From positions 1-64,000 of IMG/VR virus record IMGVR_UViG_2862465376_000001: a DNA stretch of 64,000 nt. The stretch is one strand, 5' to 3'. The notes under the pieces are model-generated. The model was not told where the DNA came from, searched no databases, and was given only the letters and a program-made list of their open reading frames with translations. The position numbers and the translations under genes are program-made. Shown here in pieces: positions 37,534 to 44,760 of this stretch. The stretch's first letter is position 1, and each line of letters opens with the position of its first letter. The stretch comes from a virus. Lineage: Duplodnaviria > Caudoviricetes.

Positions 37534-38430
37534 ATGAGCCGACCGCTCATGACCGCCATGGCCGCGCAGCAGGCCGTCATCAACGACCAGCGCGAACAGC
37601 TGGCAAAGCAGGCCACCCAGCTGAAGGTGCAGGGCGAGCAGATCGCCCTGATCGCCCGCCTGGCCGGTGTCACCGACGAAGTCGCCGCCCTCGCCAAGAC
37701 CGCCGACATCGCCAACCCGGCCCAGCCCATCCCGGACCCCGCCCCGCAGGCCCCGTCCGAGACCACCGAGCAGGCCGCCACCCCCGAGACCAACGACGAC
37801 CCCCGCTCCCCGGGCCAGACTGGCAACTCCACCGCCGGAGTCCCGGCGGCCGCCACCGACACCGCCCTCACCCCGGGCGCCACCATCCCCACCCCGCCCT
37901 ACAACAACCTCGCCGACGTCACCGCGCCGGTCTCCGGCCACCTCGACGAGGCCCACACCCCGCCGGAGTCCCTCCGCATCGAGACCGACGTCCGCGTCGG
38001 CGACCCGATGCAGCCCGAGGTCGCCTTCCCCTGGACCATCAGCGACAACCAGTCCAACTCGGCCCCGCCGAAGGACGGCGAGATGTCCCAGACCGGCGGC
38101 GGCTCCGCTCCCAGCCCCAGCCGCACCCACGCCTGCCTGCGCCTGGCCCGCCTCCAGGTCCAGGCCGGACTGGCCAAGGGCGACGACCTCACCGTCGCCG
38201 CCAGCCTGGAGGCCGACACCAAGCTCAGCGACGCCATGATCAACTACGAGATCGGCGTCCTGGAGCGCGTCAAGACCGCCTCCCGCACCACCGCACCCAC
38301 CGGCAACGCCCGCGTCGCCTCGCGCGGCACCGAGCGCGTCGCCCCGTCCCTGGCCTCCCAGGTCACCGCCTCCGCCGCCTCCACGGCACCGGCGGGCAGC
38401 GAGCAGGAACTGACCGACCTGTTCGACTGA
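37534..38430 (+). CDS. Putative scaffolding protein
   Basis: Between protease and capsid genes; coiled coil, Pro/Thr-rich, C-terminal LTDLFD. Confidence 0.65.
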   Translation: MSRPLMTAMAAQQAVINDQREQLAKQATQLKVQGEQIALIARLAGVTDEVAALAKTADIANPAQPIPDPAPQAPSETTEQAATPETNDDPRSPGQTGNSTAGVPAAATDTALTPGATIPTPPYNNLADVTAPVSGHLDEAHTPPESLRIETDVRVGDPMQPEVAFPWTISDNQSNSAPPKDGEMSQTGGGSAPSPSRTHACLRLARLQVQAGLAKGDDLTVAASLEADTKLSDAMINYEIGVLERVKTASRTTAPTGNARVASRGTERVAPSLASQVTASAASTAPAGSEQELTDLFD

Positions 38431-38442
38431 CACACCCCCGCA

Positions 38443-38479
38443 GACGAAGGGCCCGGACCTCCCCGCCGGGCCCTTCGTC
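38443..38479 (+). terminator. Terminator-like hairpin
   Basis: GACGAAGGGCCCGG / CCGGGCCCTTCGTC. Confidence 0.7.
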
Positions 38480-38512
38480 ACACCCACCAGAAAAATTCCT
38501 TGCCACCAGTCC

Positions 38513-38548
38513 CTGTCCCACTACCAGTTGCCCGCTCCTAGGGGGTGA
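38513..38548 (+). promoter_or_regulatory. Late-type bipartite promoter motif
   Basis: CTGTC-N21-TAGGGGGTGA. Confidence 0.7.
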
Positions 38549-38602
38549 AGAAGGCCCGCCGGGATCGGCGGCCAGCCGAGACCCCAATGGAGGGCGGAAC
38601 AC

Positions 38603-39115
38603 ATGATCCGCGTGCGGGCCAACCTGGCGCACATCAAGAGGACCCTCCGTCCTCTCTACGCATGGACTCAGGCGACGCCCAAGTCCGTGTTCCTCGACCC
38701 GTCCTGGAACCGCAGCGTCCCGATCTACCCGGGCATGGTCCTCGCCCGTACCAGCGGCGAGCTGGTCACCCTCATCGGCCCCAACCAGGTCCCCTACGGC
38801 TTCGCGGCCGACTACGTCGGCGGCGACGGCTTCGACCCGCTCCTCGACGTCGGCGTCAACGCCACCGCCGTCTGGGTCCCCGGCGCCGACGCCGAGTTCG
38901 AGGTCCTCGCCCCCGCCTTCGACGACACCCAGGCCTGGGTCGACCCGGGCGACGGCACCGAGAAGCTCGTCTACGCAATCACCGCCGGAACCGGCCGGGG
39001 CAAGCTCGCCCTCGCCACCAACGGCTCCGTCGCCACCGCCATCTCCACCCAGGCTGTCGGCCGCCTGCTCAAGGTCAACAGCGCTTCCAAGATCACCGTC
39101 GGCGGCCTGCGCTAA
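38603..39115 (+). CDS. Capsid decoration/cement protein
   Basis: Beta-rich 170 aa directly upstream of the major capsid gene. Confidence 0.65.
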   Translation: MIRVRANLAHIKRTLRPLYAWTQATPKSVFLDPSWNRSVPIYPGMVLARTSGELVTLIGPNQVPYGFAADYVGGDGFDPLLDVGVNATAVWVPGADAEFEVLAPAFDDTQAWVDPGDGTEKLVYAITAGTGRGKLALATNGSVATAISTQAVGRLLKVNSASKITVGGLR

Positions 39116-39154
39116 GCGCGCCCGAGCCGAGCGAGAGGAACAAGGACCCACACC

Positions 39155-40144
39155 ATGACCGCAACGCTCACCACCGGGCACAAGGGCGGCGTCACCGCGA
39201 AGAAGTCGGACGACTACGTCTCCGAGATCCTCGCCCGCCGCGAGGCCCGTGGCGGCCAGCCGCTGACCTTCGAAGCCAAGCAGCAGCGCCTCCAGGCCGT
39301 CGCCTCCGACCAGGTCAACGGCATCAAGCGCCTCGGCGTCGGCATGATCGGCCCGATCCAGCTGAAGCTGCGCTACCAGGGCATCACCCGCAACGTCCTC
39401 GTCGAGGACCCCTGCACCCCCGGCACGCCGGTCGAGTACGACGTCTGGGACGACCTCGGACAGGCGTACATCATGTCCGGGACCGACGGCGAGGTCCGCA
39501 TCACCCCCTTCGAGGGCAAGCGGATCCAGGTGCGGTTCTTCCGCATCGCCTCCCGCCCGGCCATCCGCAAGGAAGACTTGCTCTACCTGCGGATCAACGC
39601 GGTCGAGCAGGCCCAGGACGAGACCAAGCAGGCCATCCTCAAGCAGGAGGACTCCCGCCTCGTCACCATCCTGCAGGCCGCGATCTCCGACTACGCGGGC
39701 CGCGCCGACCACACGGTCACCCCGAACCACGTGATCACGGAAGCGAGCGGCTACCTCACCCCGGGCTCGCTCTACAGCGCGGTCTCCATGACCGACATGC
39801 ACGAGCTGCAGTCCAGCCGGATCCTCATCAACCCGATGGACTACCGGGACATGTACAGGTGGGACATCAACCAAACCGGTTGGGCGTTCAAGGACCGCGT
39901 CGTCGCCGGTGAGACCATCACCAGCTTCGGCGAGTTCCAGCTGCAGCGCTCCATCGTCATCCCGCAGGGCCAGACCTTCCTGACGCCGGACCCGCAGTTC
40001 CTCGGCGTCTTCCCCGTCCTGTACAGCCTCGACGTGGAAGAGAACCACCGCGTCGAGAGCTTCTGGAAGGGCTGGGTCTTCGACGAGATGATCAGCATGC
40101 TGATCCTCAACCCGCGTGGGCTCGCACGGATCGACAAGTCGTAG
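39155..40144 (+). CDS. Major capsid protein (HK97 fold)
   Basis: 329 aa, strong codon bias, AILKQEDSRLV spine helix, C-terminal MLILNPRGLARI. Confidence 0.85.
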   Translation: MTATLTTGHKGGVTAKKSDDYVSEILARREARGGQPLTFEAKQQRLQAVASDQVNGIKRLGVGMIGPIQLKLRYQGITRNVLVEDPCTPGTPVEYDVWDDLGQAYIMSGTDGEVRITPFEGKRIQVRFFRIASRPAIRKEDLLYLRINAVEQAQDETKQAILKQEDSRLVTILQAAISDYAGRADHTVTPNHVITEASGYLTPGSLYSAVSMTDMHELQSSRILINPMDYRDMYRWDINQTGWAFKDRVVAGETITSFGEFQLQRSIVIPQGQTFLTPDPQFLGVFPVLYSLDVEENHRVESFWKGWVFDEMISMLILNPRGLARIDKS

Positions 40145-40189
40145 GGCGTGGCTGGGGATACCCCAGCCCTTCCCTTCTGGCATGATCGT

Positions 40190-40226
40190 CGAAGGCCCTC
40201 CCCATGTCGTCTGGGGAGGGCCTTCG
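40190..40226 (+). terminator. Terminator hairpin after capsid gene
   Basis: CGAAGGCCCTCCCCA / TGGGGAGGGCCTTCG. Confidence 0.75.
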
Positions 40227-40229
40227 CGC

Positions 40230-40440
40230 TGCCCACGCTTCGGGAACTACCGCCAGGCGGCTCATGGCCTCGCTCGGTCGCGTGGGCTGGCGACCGGGGC
40301 CTGCGTGAGCCCTCGCCCCCGAAGGGGAACGAGGGTCACTGCCGCTGGCGTTCTCGGGTCATCTTGGCGGGTGACATATTCTCACCTTGGCAGAGTCTCA
40401 GCCCGGTGTGAAGTCGGTTCGGTGATTTTCCGGGTGCGGA
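40230..40440. ncRNA. Candidate structured RNA with several TGGC(G)/(C)GCCA motifs
   Basis: Several hairpins, e.g. GTCATC-TTGGCG-GGTGAC; no credible ORF; strand uncertain. Confidence 0.35.
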
Positions 40441-40461
40441 GAGTAAATTCGGCCACTGCTG

Positions 40462-40496
40462 CTGTCCCCTGTCCCCACCCCGCCTGTAGGGGGTGA
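40462..40496 (+). promoter_or_regulatory. Late-type bipartite promoter motif with no downstream ORF
   Basis: CTGTC-N20-TAGGGGGTGA. Confidence 0.7.
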
Positions 40497-40577
40497 GGGT
40501 TTGTGGTGGGCCCTCGTGCGGCTCCGTTCTCCGGCCGCCAGCTCGACCCCCGGGTTCCCCTTCCCGGGGGTCGAGTG
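40495..40577 (+). ncRNA. Candidate ~80-nt late small RNA
   Basis: Own late promoter, 5' hairpin GAGGGTT-TGTGGTG-GGCCCTC, terminal 14-bp hairpin 40541-40576, next promoter starts at 40578. Confidence 0.55.
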
Positions 40578-40612
40578 CTGTCTGGGGTGCGCCTGGCCTC
40601 CTCAAGGGGTGA
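40578..40612 (+). promoter_or_regulatory. Late-type bipartite promoter motif
   Basis: CTGTC-N20-CAAGGGGTGA. Confidence 0.8.
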
Positions 40613-40645
40613 CGGAAGCTCCGTCCCCCTTTCTGAGGAGGCATC

Positions 40646-41029
40646 ATGCCGGTCCAGCAGCTCCAGGTTTCCAACCCGTCGAGCGGTGTCGTGGTCGTCA
40701 CTCCGGACGCCGACCGTCCGAAGTCGTACCTGCGCTTCGAGGCGAAGGGCGACGCGACGGGCGAGGACGTCAAGATCATCTCCCGCGAGACCGCGTTCCA
40801 GGCTCCGCTGGTCAAGGCGGTCAAGCGCGGCGTGCTGGTGATCGACGACGACATCTCGGGCGACGAGGAGCTGCAGCGCGTTCTGGGGACCGTGCAGAAG
40901 CGGCAGCCGGTCGGCGAGAAGCCGCTGACGGCGGTGCGGGTGGACTACGTGTACGACGAGGAGTCGAACTCCTACAACAAGGTGGACCGCGACGTGCGCG
41001 TGGTCATCGACCCGCTGCAGAAGGGCTGA
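40646..41029 (+). CDS. Hypothetical virion-associated protein
   Basis: GAGGAGG RBS, follows capsid gene. Confidence 0.8.
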   Translation: MPVQQLQVSNPSSGVVVVTPDADRPKSYLRFEAKGDATGEDVKIISRETAFQAPLVKAVKRGVLVIDDDISGDEELQRVLGTVQKRQPVGEKPLTAVRVDYVYDEESNSYNKVDRDVRVVIDPLQKG

Positions 41030-41042
41030 TTCTCCAGTGTCC

Positions 41043-41318
41043 ATGAGCGAGCACGAGCGGCGTCTGCTGCTCACCGGGACCCTCGACACCTCGGGTGTCG
41101 GCGGCAGCCCGTACGAGAGCCTCCACAACGTGGCGGTGGCCTTCGGGGCGCCGGTGGCGGAGGCCGTCGAGCCCGAGCCGGTTCCGGAGCCCGAGCCGGA
41201 GCCGGAGAAGGTGGCCGAAACCGATCCCTCGGTGGCCGAACAGGCGCCCGAGGAGAAGGCACCCCCGCGTAAGCGCGCGGCGAAGAAGACGCAGGCGTCC
41301 GCGCCTGCCGAGAAGTAG
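41043..41318 (+). CDS. Small PE-repeat protein
   Basis: EPEPVPEPEPEPE, basic tail. Confidence 0.7.
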   Translation: MSEHERRLLLTGTLDTSGVGGSPYESLHNVAVAFGAPVAEAVEPEPVPEPEPEPEKVAETDPSVAEQAPEEKAPPRKRAAKKTQASAPAEK

Positions 41319-41332
41319 GGAGACGGGCTGCG

Positions 41333-42337
41333 ATGGCCGCTACGGATGTGACCGGCACGTACGAGACCGACGCGGCGGTCGGCACCAAGGGTGAGCCGGG
41401 TTCGGGACCCGTGGCGGTCACGCAGCCCGACACCAGCGGTGCGGGCCTGGTGGACGCTCAGGGGTGGGAGCCGACGCCGACGCCGATCCTGGGGACGCGG
41501 GACACGCTGGCGGGCACCGTCAACGACGTGTACCCGGCGTACAAGCCGCCGTCGGGGCCGCCCCCGGCGAGCAACAAGGACACGACACTGACGGACTCGC
41601 CGGTCGGCAACGGCCTGGAAGAGCTGATCAACCCGGACCTGTGGATGGACGGCACGCTGGACACGTCGAACCTCGGCGCGGAGCCGGTCGGCAACACGGC
41701 CGTGCCGCTGAAGCCTGCCGCTCCGACGGCGGCGGCGGGCGACCGGTACATCCTGGTGTCCTGGACGCCGGTGCCGGATCCGTCCGACGCGGAAGTCCTC
41801 CAGTACGTGGTCGAGTCGGACACGGGCGGCCACTTCTACGCGGGGGCGGACAAGACCAGCCTGCGCTTCGAGAACGTGACGGGCGGCCTGGGCTACAGGT
41901 TCCGTGTGCGGGCGGGCAACGAGAACGGCACGGGGCCGTACTCGGACTGGTCGGCGGCCGTCAAGCCGTCGAACGAGGACCTGATCCGTCCGACGTCGCT
42001 GGCGCCGGACAACGCCGTCAACCCGATCTACCGGCAGGACGGCACGCTCGTGCCGGGCTCGTACGGTGCGCCGACGGCGCCGGGGAAGCCGACGGTGGCC
42101 GCCGAGGGGACGGCGGGGACGGCGAAGGTCACCTGGACGGCCCCTTCGTCGGGTCAGCCGTCGGGCGGCTATGACGTCAAGGCGTCGTCCGGGCAGAAGG
42201 TCCACGTCGGTCCGGCCGTGCTCACCGCGAACGTGCCGGGCCTGACGGTCGGTGCGAACGTGACCTTCACGGTCACCGCGATCGGCCAGCTGCAGAACGC
42301 CACTTCGCCCGCGTCCAACGCGTACACCGTGGTCTGA
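41333..42337 (+). CDS. Virion protein with two fibronectin type III domains
   Basis: PAAPTA..ILVSW..YRFRVRAGNENGTGPYS; second PGKPTV..VTWTAP..FTVTAI. Confidence 0.85.
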   Translation: MAATDVTGTYETDAAVGTKGEPGSGPVAVTQPDTSGAGLVDAQGWEPTPTPILGTRDTLAGTVNDVYPAYKPPSGPPPASNKDTTLTDSPVGNGLEELINPDLWMDGTLDTSNLGAEPVGNTAVPLKPAAPTAAAGDRYILVSWTPVPDPSDAEVLQYVVESDTGGHFYAGADKTSLRFENVTGGLGYRFRVRAGNENGTGPYSDWSAAVKPSNEDLIRPTSLAPDNAVNPIYRQDGTLVPGSYGAPTAPGKPTVAAEGTAGTAKVTWTAPSSGQPSGGYDVKASSGQKVHVGPAVLTANVPGLTVGANVTFTVTAIGQLQNATSPASNAYTVV

Positions 42338-42350
42338 GTTCAGCTGGTCC

Positions 42351-42386
42351 AGCAGCCCCGTCCCGCGACTTCGGGACGGGGCTGCT
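42351..42386 (+). terminator. Terminator hairpin
   Basis: AGCAGCCCCGTCCCG / CGGGACGGGGCTGCT. Confidence 0.75.
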
Positions 42387-42388
42387 TG

Positions 42389-42423
42389 CTGTTCGTGCCC
42401 GGTCATCGGCCGCCAAGGGGCGA
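42389..42423 (+). promoter_or_regulatory. Late-type bipartite promoter motif
   Basis: CTGTT-N20-CAAGGGGCGA. Confidence 0.7.
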
Positions 42424-42447
42424 AGGCGACCGAGGAGAGGGCATCCG

Positions 42448-43107
42448 ATGAGCGGTACGACACCACGGCTGGGGCTGAAGACTTTCGACCAGTCCGACCC
42501 CTTCCTGCGTGGCGACTTCAACGACAACAACGCGCGTCTGGACGCCTATCCGGGGCACTTCATCTGCACGTCGCAGTCGCGGCCCGCGTGGGGTCCGGCG
42601 CAGTCCGGGATGCGGATCTACGAGACGGACACGCGGCGGGAGCTGGAGTGGCGGGGGACGCAGTGGCGTGAGGTGCTGAGTGCGCCGCCGGTGTTCCCGG
42701 GGTACGCGCGGCCGAACATCACGCTGGGCCTGGACTCCCACGTCTACTACAAGCTGGGCACGTTCAACCTGAACCGGCCGGGGTCGCTGATGGTGAACCT
42801 GGCGGTCGAGGTCGCCGTCCAGTCGCTGTACACGATGAACCTCTACTTCCGCACGCAGATCGACGGCGCGGACGCGCTGCTGGGTGACGGCGGCTCCTAC
42901 ATCCGCGTGGAGCAGGTGCACACGTCGGGGTCCGGCTGGCAGAGGACGTACATGGTGCCGGTGATGGGCATGCGCTCGGTCAGCGCGGGCTCCCACAACT
43001 TCGGCATCCACATGTGGACCCAGCTGGGGTCGACGACGAAGACGGGGTCCGCGCGACTGGTGACGGCGCGCGGCACGGCGCTGCTCGTGAACTCGACGGA
43101 CACCTGA
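42448..43107 (+). CDS. Minor tail/fibre-like protein
   Basis: TTPRLGL N-terminus, GMRIYETDT..W.G..W motif. Confidence 0.7.
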   Translation: MSGTTPRLGLKTFDQSDPFLRGDFNDNNARLDAYPGHFICTSQSRPAWGPAQSGMRIYETDTRRELEWRGTQWREVLSAPPVFPGYARPNITLGLDSHVYYKLGTFNLNRPGSLMVNLAVEVAVQSLYTMNLYFRTQIDGADALLGDGGSYIRVEQVHTSGSGWQRTYMVPVMGMRSVSAGSHNFGIHMWTQLGSTTKTGSARLVTARGTALLVNSTDT

Positions 43108-43982
43108 TGGCGGCCGACGAGTACACGGACCGGGCCTACGTTTCCCGGTACGGGGCGGCGGAGTTCGGGCTGCAGGTCATGCGTCAGGGCTCGCCGGGGG
43201 ATGCGGACGGCCCGGTCACGGCGGCGCTGCTGCACGACGACGACGCGGCCACGCAGGTGTTCTCGCGGGCTGCGGACCATCCGGGGGCCGGGAAGTACTC
43301 GGTGCGTCTGTCGTCGAAGGAGACGGCCACTCCGGGCCCGTACGTGCTGGTGTGGACGTACACCGTGGGCGGGTCGGACGAGGAGTGGCGGGTCTGGCTG
43401 GAGGTCGGGAAGACCGCGCCGGAGTACGACGTCCTGGCGGACCCGATGAAGGGGATCATCGAGCAGACGTGGAACCGGTTCTCGGACCTGTTCGACTACG
43501 CCACCGAGGGCCCTCACCTACAGACCTACATCCAGTCGAACTTCGGGCGGAACCGGCTGGCGCAGCTGCTCAGGATCGCTGTCGGCCGCCTGAACACGAT
43601 GGCGCAGCCGTACCAGACCTACACGATCGACGGTGACGGCGGGGCTTCTTTCCCGGTGGCCAAGTGGGGGTCGCTGCTGGAGTCGGCGCTGTACGTGGAG
43701 TGCCTGCGGCACCTGATCCGCTCGTACGTCGAGCAGCCGGAAGTGCAGTCGGGCTCGGGTGTGTCGCGGCTGGACCGGCGGGACTACAAGGACCGCTGGG
43801 AGGAGGTCCTGGCGGTCGAGGAGCCGGTGCTGAAGCAGCAGCTCGACGTTTTCAAGATCTCTCACCTGGGCCTGGGGACCGCCCGGGTTCTGGTGAGTGG
43901 GGGCGCCTATGGCAGATACGGCCCAACTCGCCTACCTTTGTCCGAAGCTGCGCGACCTAGGTGGCTTACTCGTTTCCATTGA
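43107..43982 (+). CDS. Head-to-tail adaptor-like protein
   Basis: TGATG coupling; N-terminal beta domain then helical domain; neck-module position. Confidence 0.6.
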   Translation: MAADEYTDRAYVSRYGAAEFGLQVMRQGSPGDADGPVTAALLHDDDAATQVFSRAADHPGAGKYSVRLSSKETATPGPYVLVWTYTVGGSDEEWRVWLEVGKTAPEYDVLADPMKGIIEQTWNRFSDLFDYATEGPHLQTYIQSNFGRNRLAQLLRIAVGRLNTMAQPYQTYTIDGDGGASFPVAKWGSLLESALYVECLRHLIRSYVEQPEVQSGSGVSRLDRRDYKDRWEEVLAVEEPVLKQQLDVFKISHLGLGTARVLVSGGAYGRYGPTRLPLSEAARPRWLTRFH

Positions 43983-44014
43983 TTACTAGCCTGACCAGTG
44001 GATACCATTCCTCT

Positions 44015-44719
44015 GTGGCAGACAAGAAGATCAAAGGCGGGCGTCCTCCAGTCGAAGATCCAGTGGCCCACTTCTGGGCCCACGTGGACTCGTCGGGGGG
44101 CGCCGACGCATGCTGGCCGTGGACTCTCTCCGTCGTCAAGACGACTGGGTACGGCCAGTTCAACAACAGGGCGGCCGGACGCAATTCGTGCCACGTCTTC
44201 GCCTTCAAACTCGCCTATGGCCCTGTCCCTGACGGGCACGTCGTAGACCACACCTGCCACAACCGAGACACGACATGCCCTGGCGGCAAGACGTGTCTCC
44301 ACCGGCGGTGTTGCAACCCCGCTCATCTTGAGGCCGTGGACTCGCATCGCGAGAACGCCCGTAGGGCCAATGAGCCCCGCAAGCGGGCGGAGTTCGCTGA
44401 GTGCTGCGCGAATGGCCACCCCTGGAAGCCGGACAACGAGAAGTGGGTGACCAGCACCAGCGGCTACCGGACTCGCCAGTGCCGGGCGTGCAATCGCGAC
44501 CGGATGTACAAGAAGAGGACCGGTAGGGACCGCCCCGCACCCACTGACGTGTCGCTCTCCAGAGCAGGGTGCGAAACGTGCCGCCGGGGCCATAAGTACA
44601 CGCCCGAGAACACGAAGTACGACTCGACCACAGGGAAGCGTCGCTGCCGCGCCTGCGAGCGGATCAACGACCAGAACGCCAAGGCTCGCGCAAGAGCAAG
44701 AAAGGCTGCTGCCAAGTAG
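44015..44719 (+). CDS. HNH homing endonuclease (His-Cys type) with two C-terminal Zn-binding repeats
   Basis: CWPW..GYG, HVFAF, DHTCHN..CCNPAHLEAV..EN; C..GH...N....R.CRAC twice; probable leaderless promoter TTGATT-18-TACCAT. Confidence 0.9.
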   Translation: MADKKIKGGRPPVEDPVAHFWAHVDSSGGADACWPWTLSVVKTTGYGQFNNRAAGRNSCHVFAFKLAYGPVPDGHVVDHTCHNRDTTCPGGKTCLHRRCCNPAHLEAVDSHRENARRANEPRKRAEFAECCANGHPWKPDNEKWVTSTSGYRTRQCRACNRDRMYKKRTGRDRPAPTDVSLSRAGCETCRRGHKYTPENTKYDSTTGKRRCRACERINDQNAKARARARKAAAK

Positions 44720-44743
44720 CGGTTCAGCAACGCCAAGGGGTGA
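44709..44743 (+). promoter_or_regulatory. Late-type bipartite promoter motif overlapping HNH 3' end
   Basis: CTGCC-N20-CAAGGGGTGA. Confidence 0.65.
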
Positions 44744-44760
44744 CCGGAAGGAGCCCCCCT

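Noticed and set aside
40517-40540. tRNA-like end (GTTC..GCCGCCA)
   Set aside because: No cloverleaf or proper T-arm; no tRNA gene could be supported anywhere in the window
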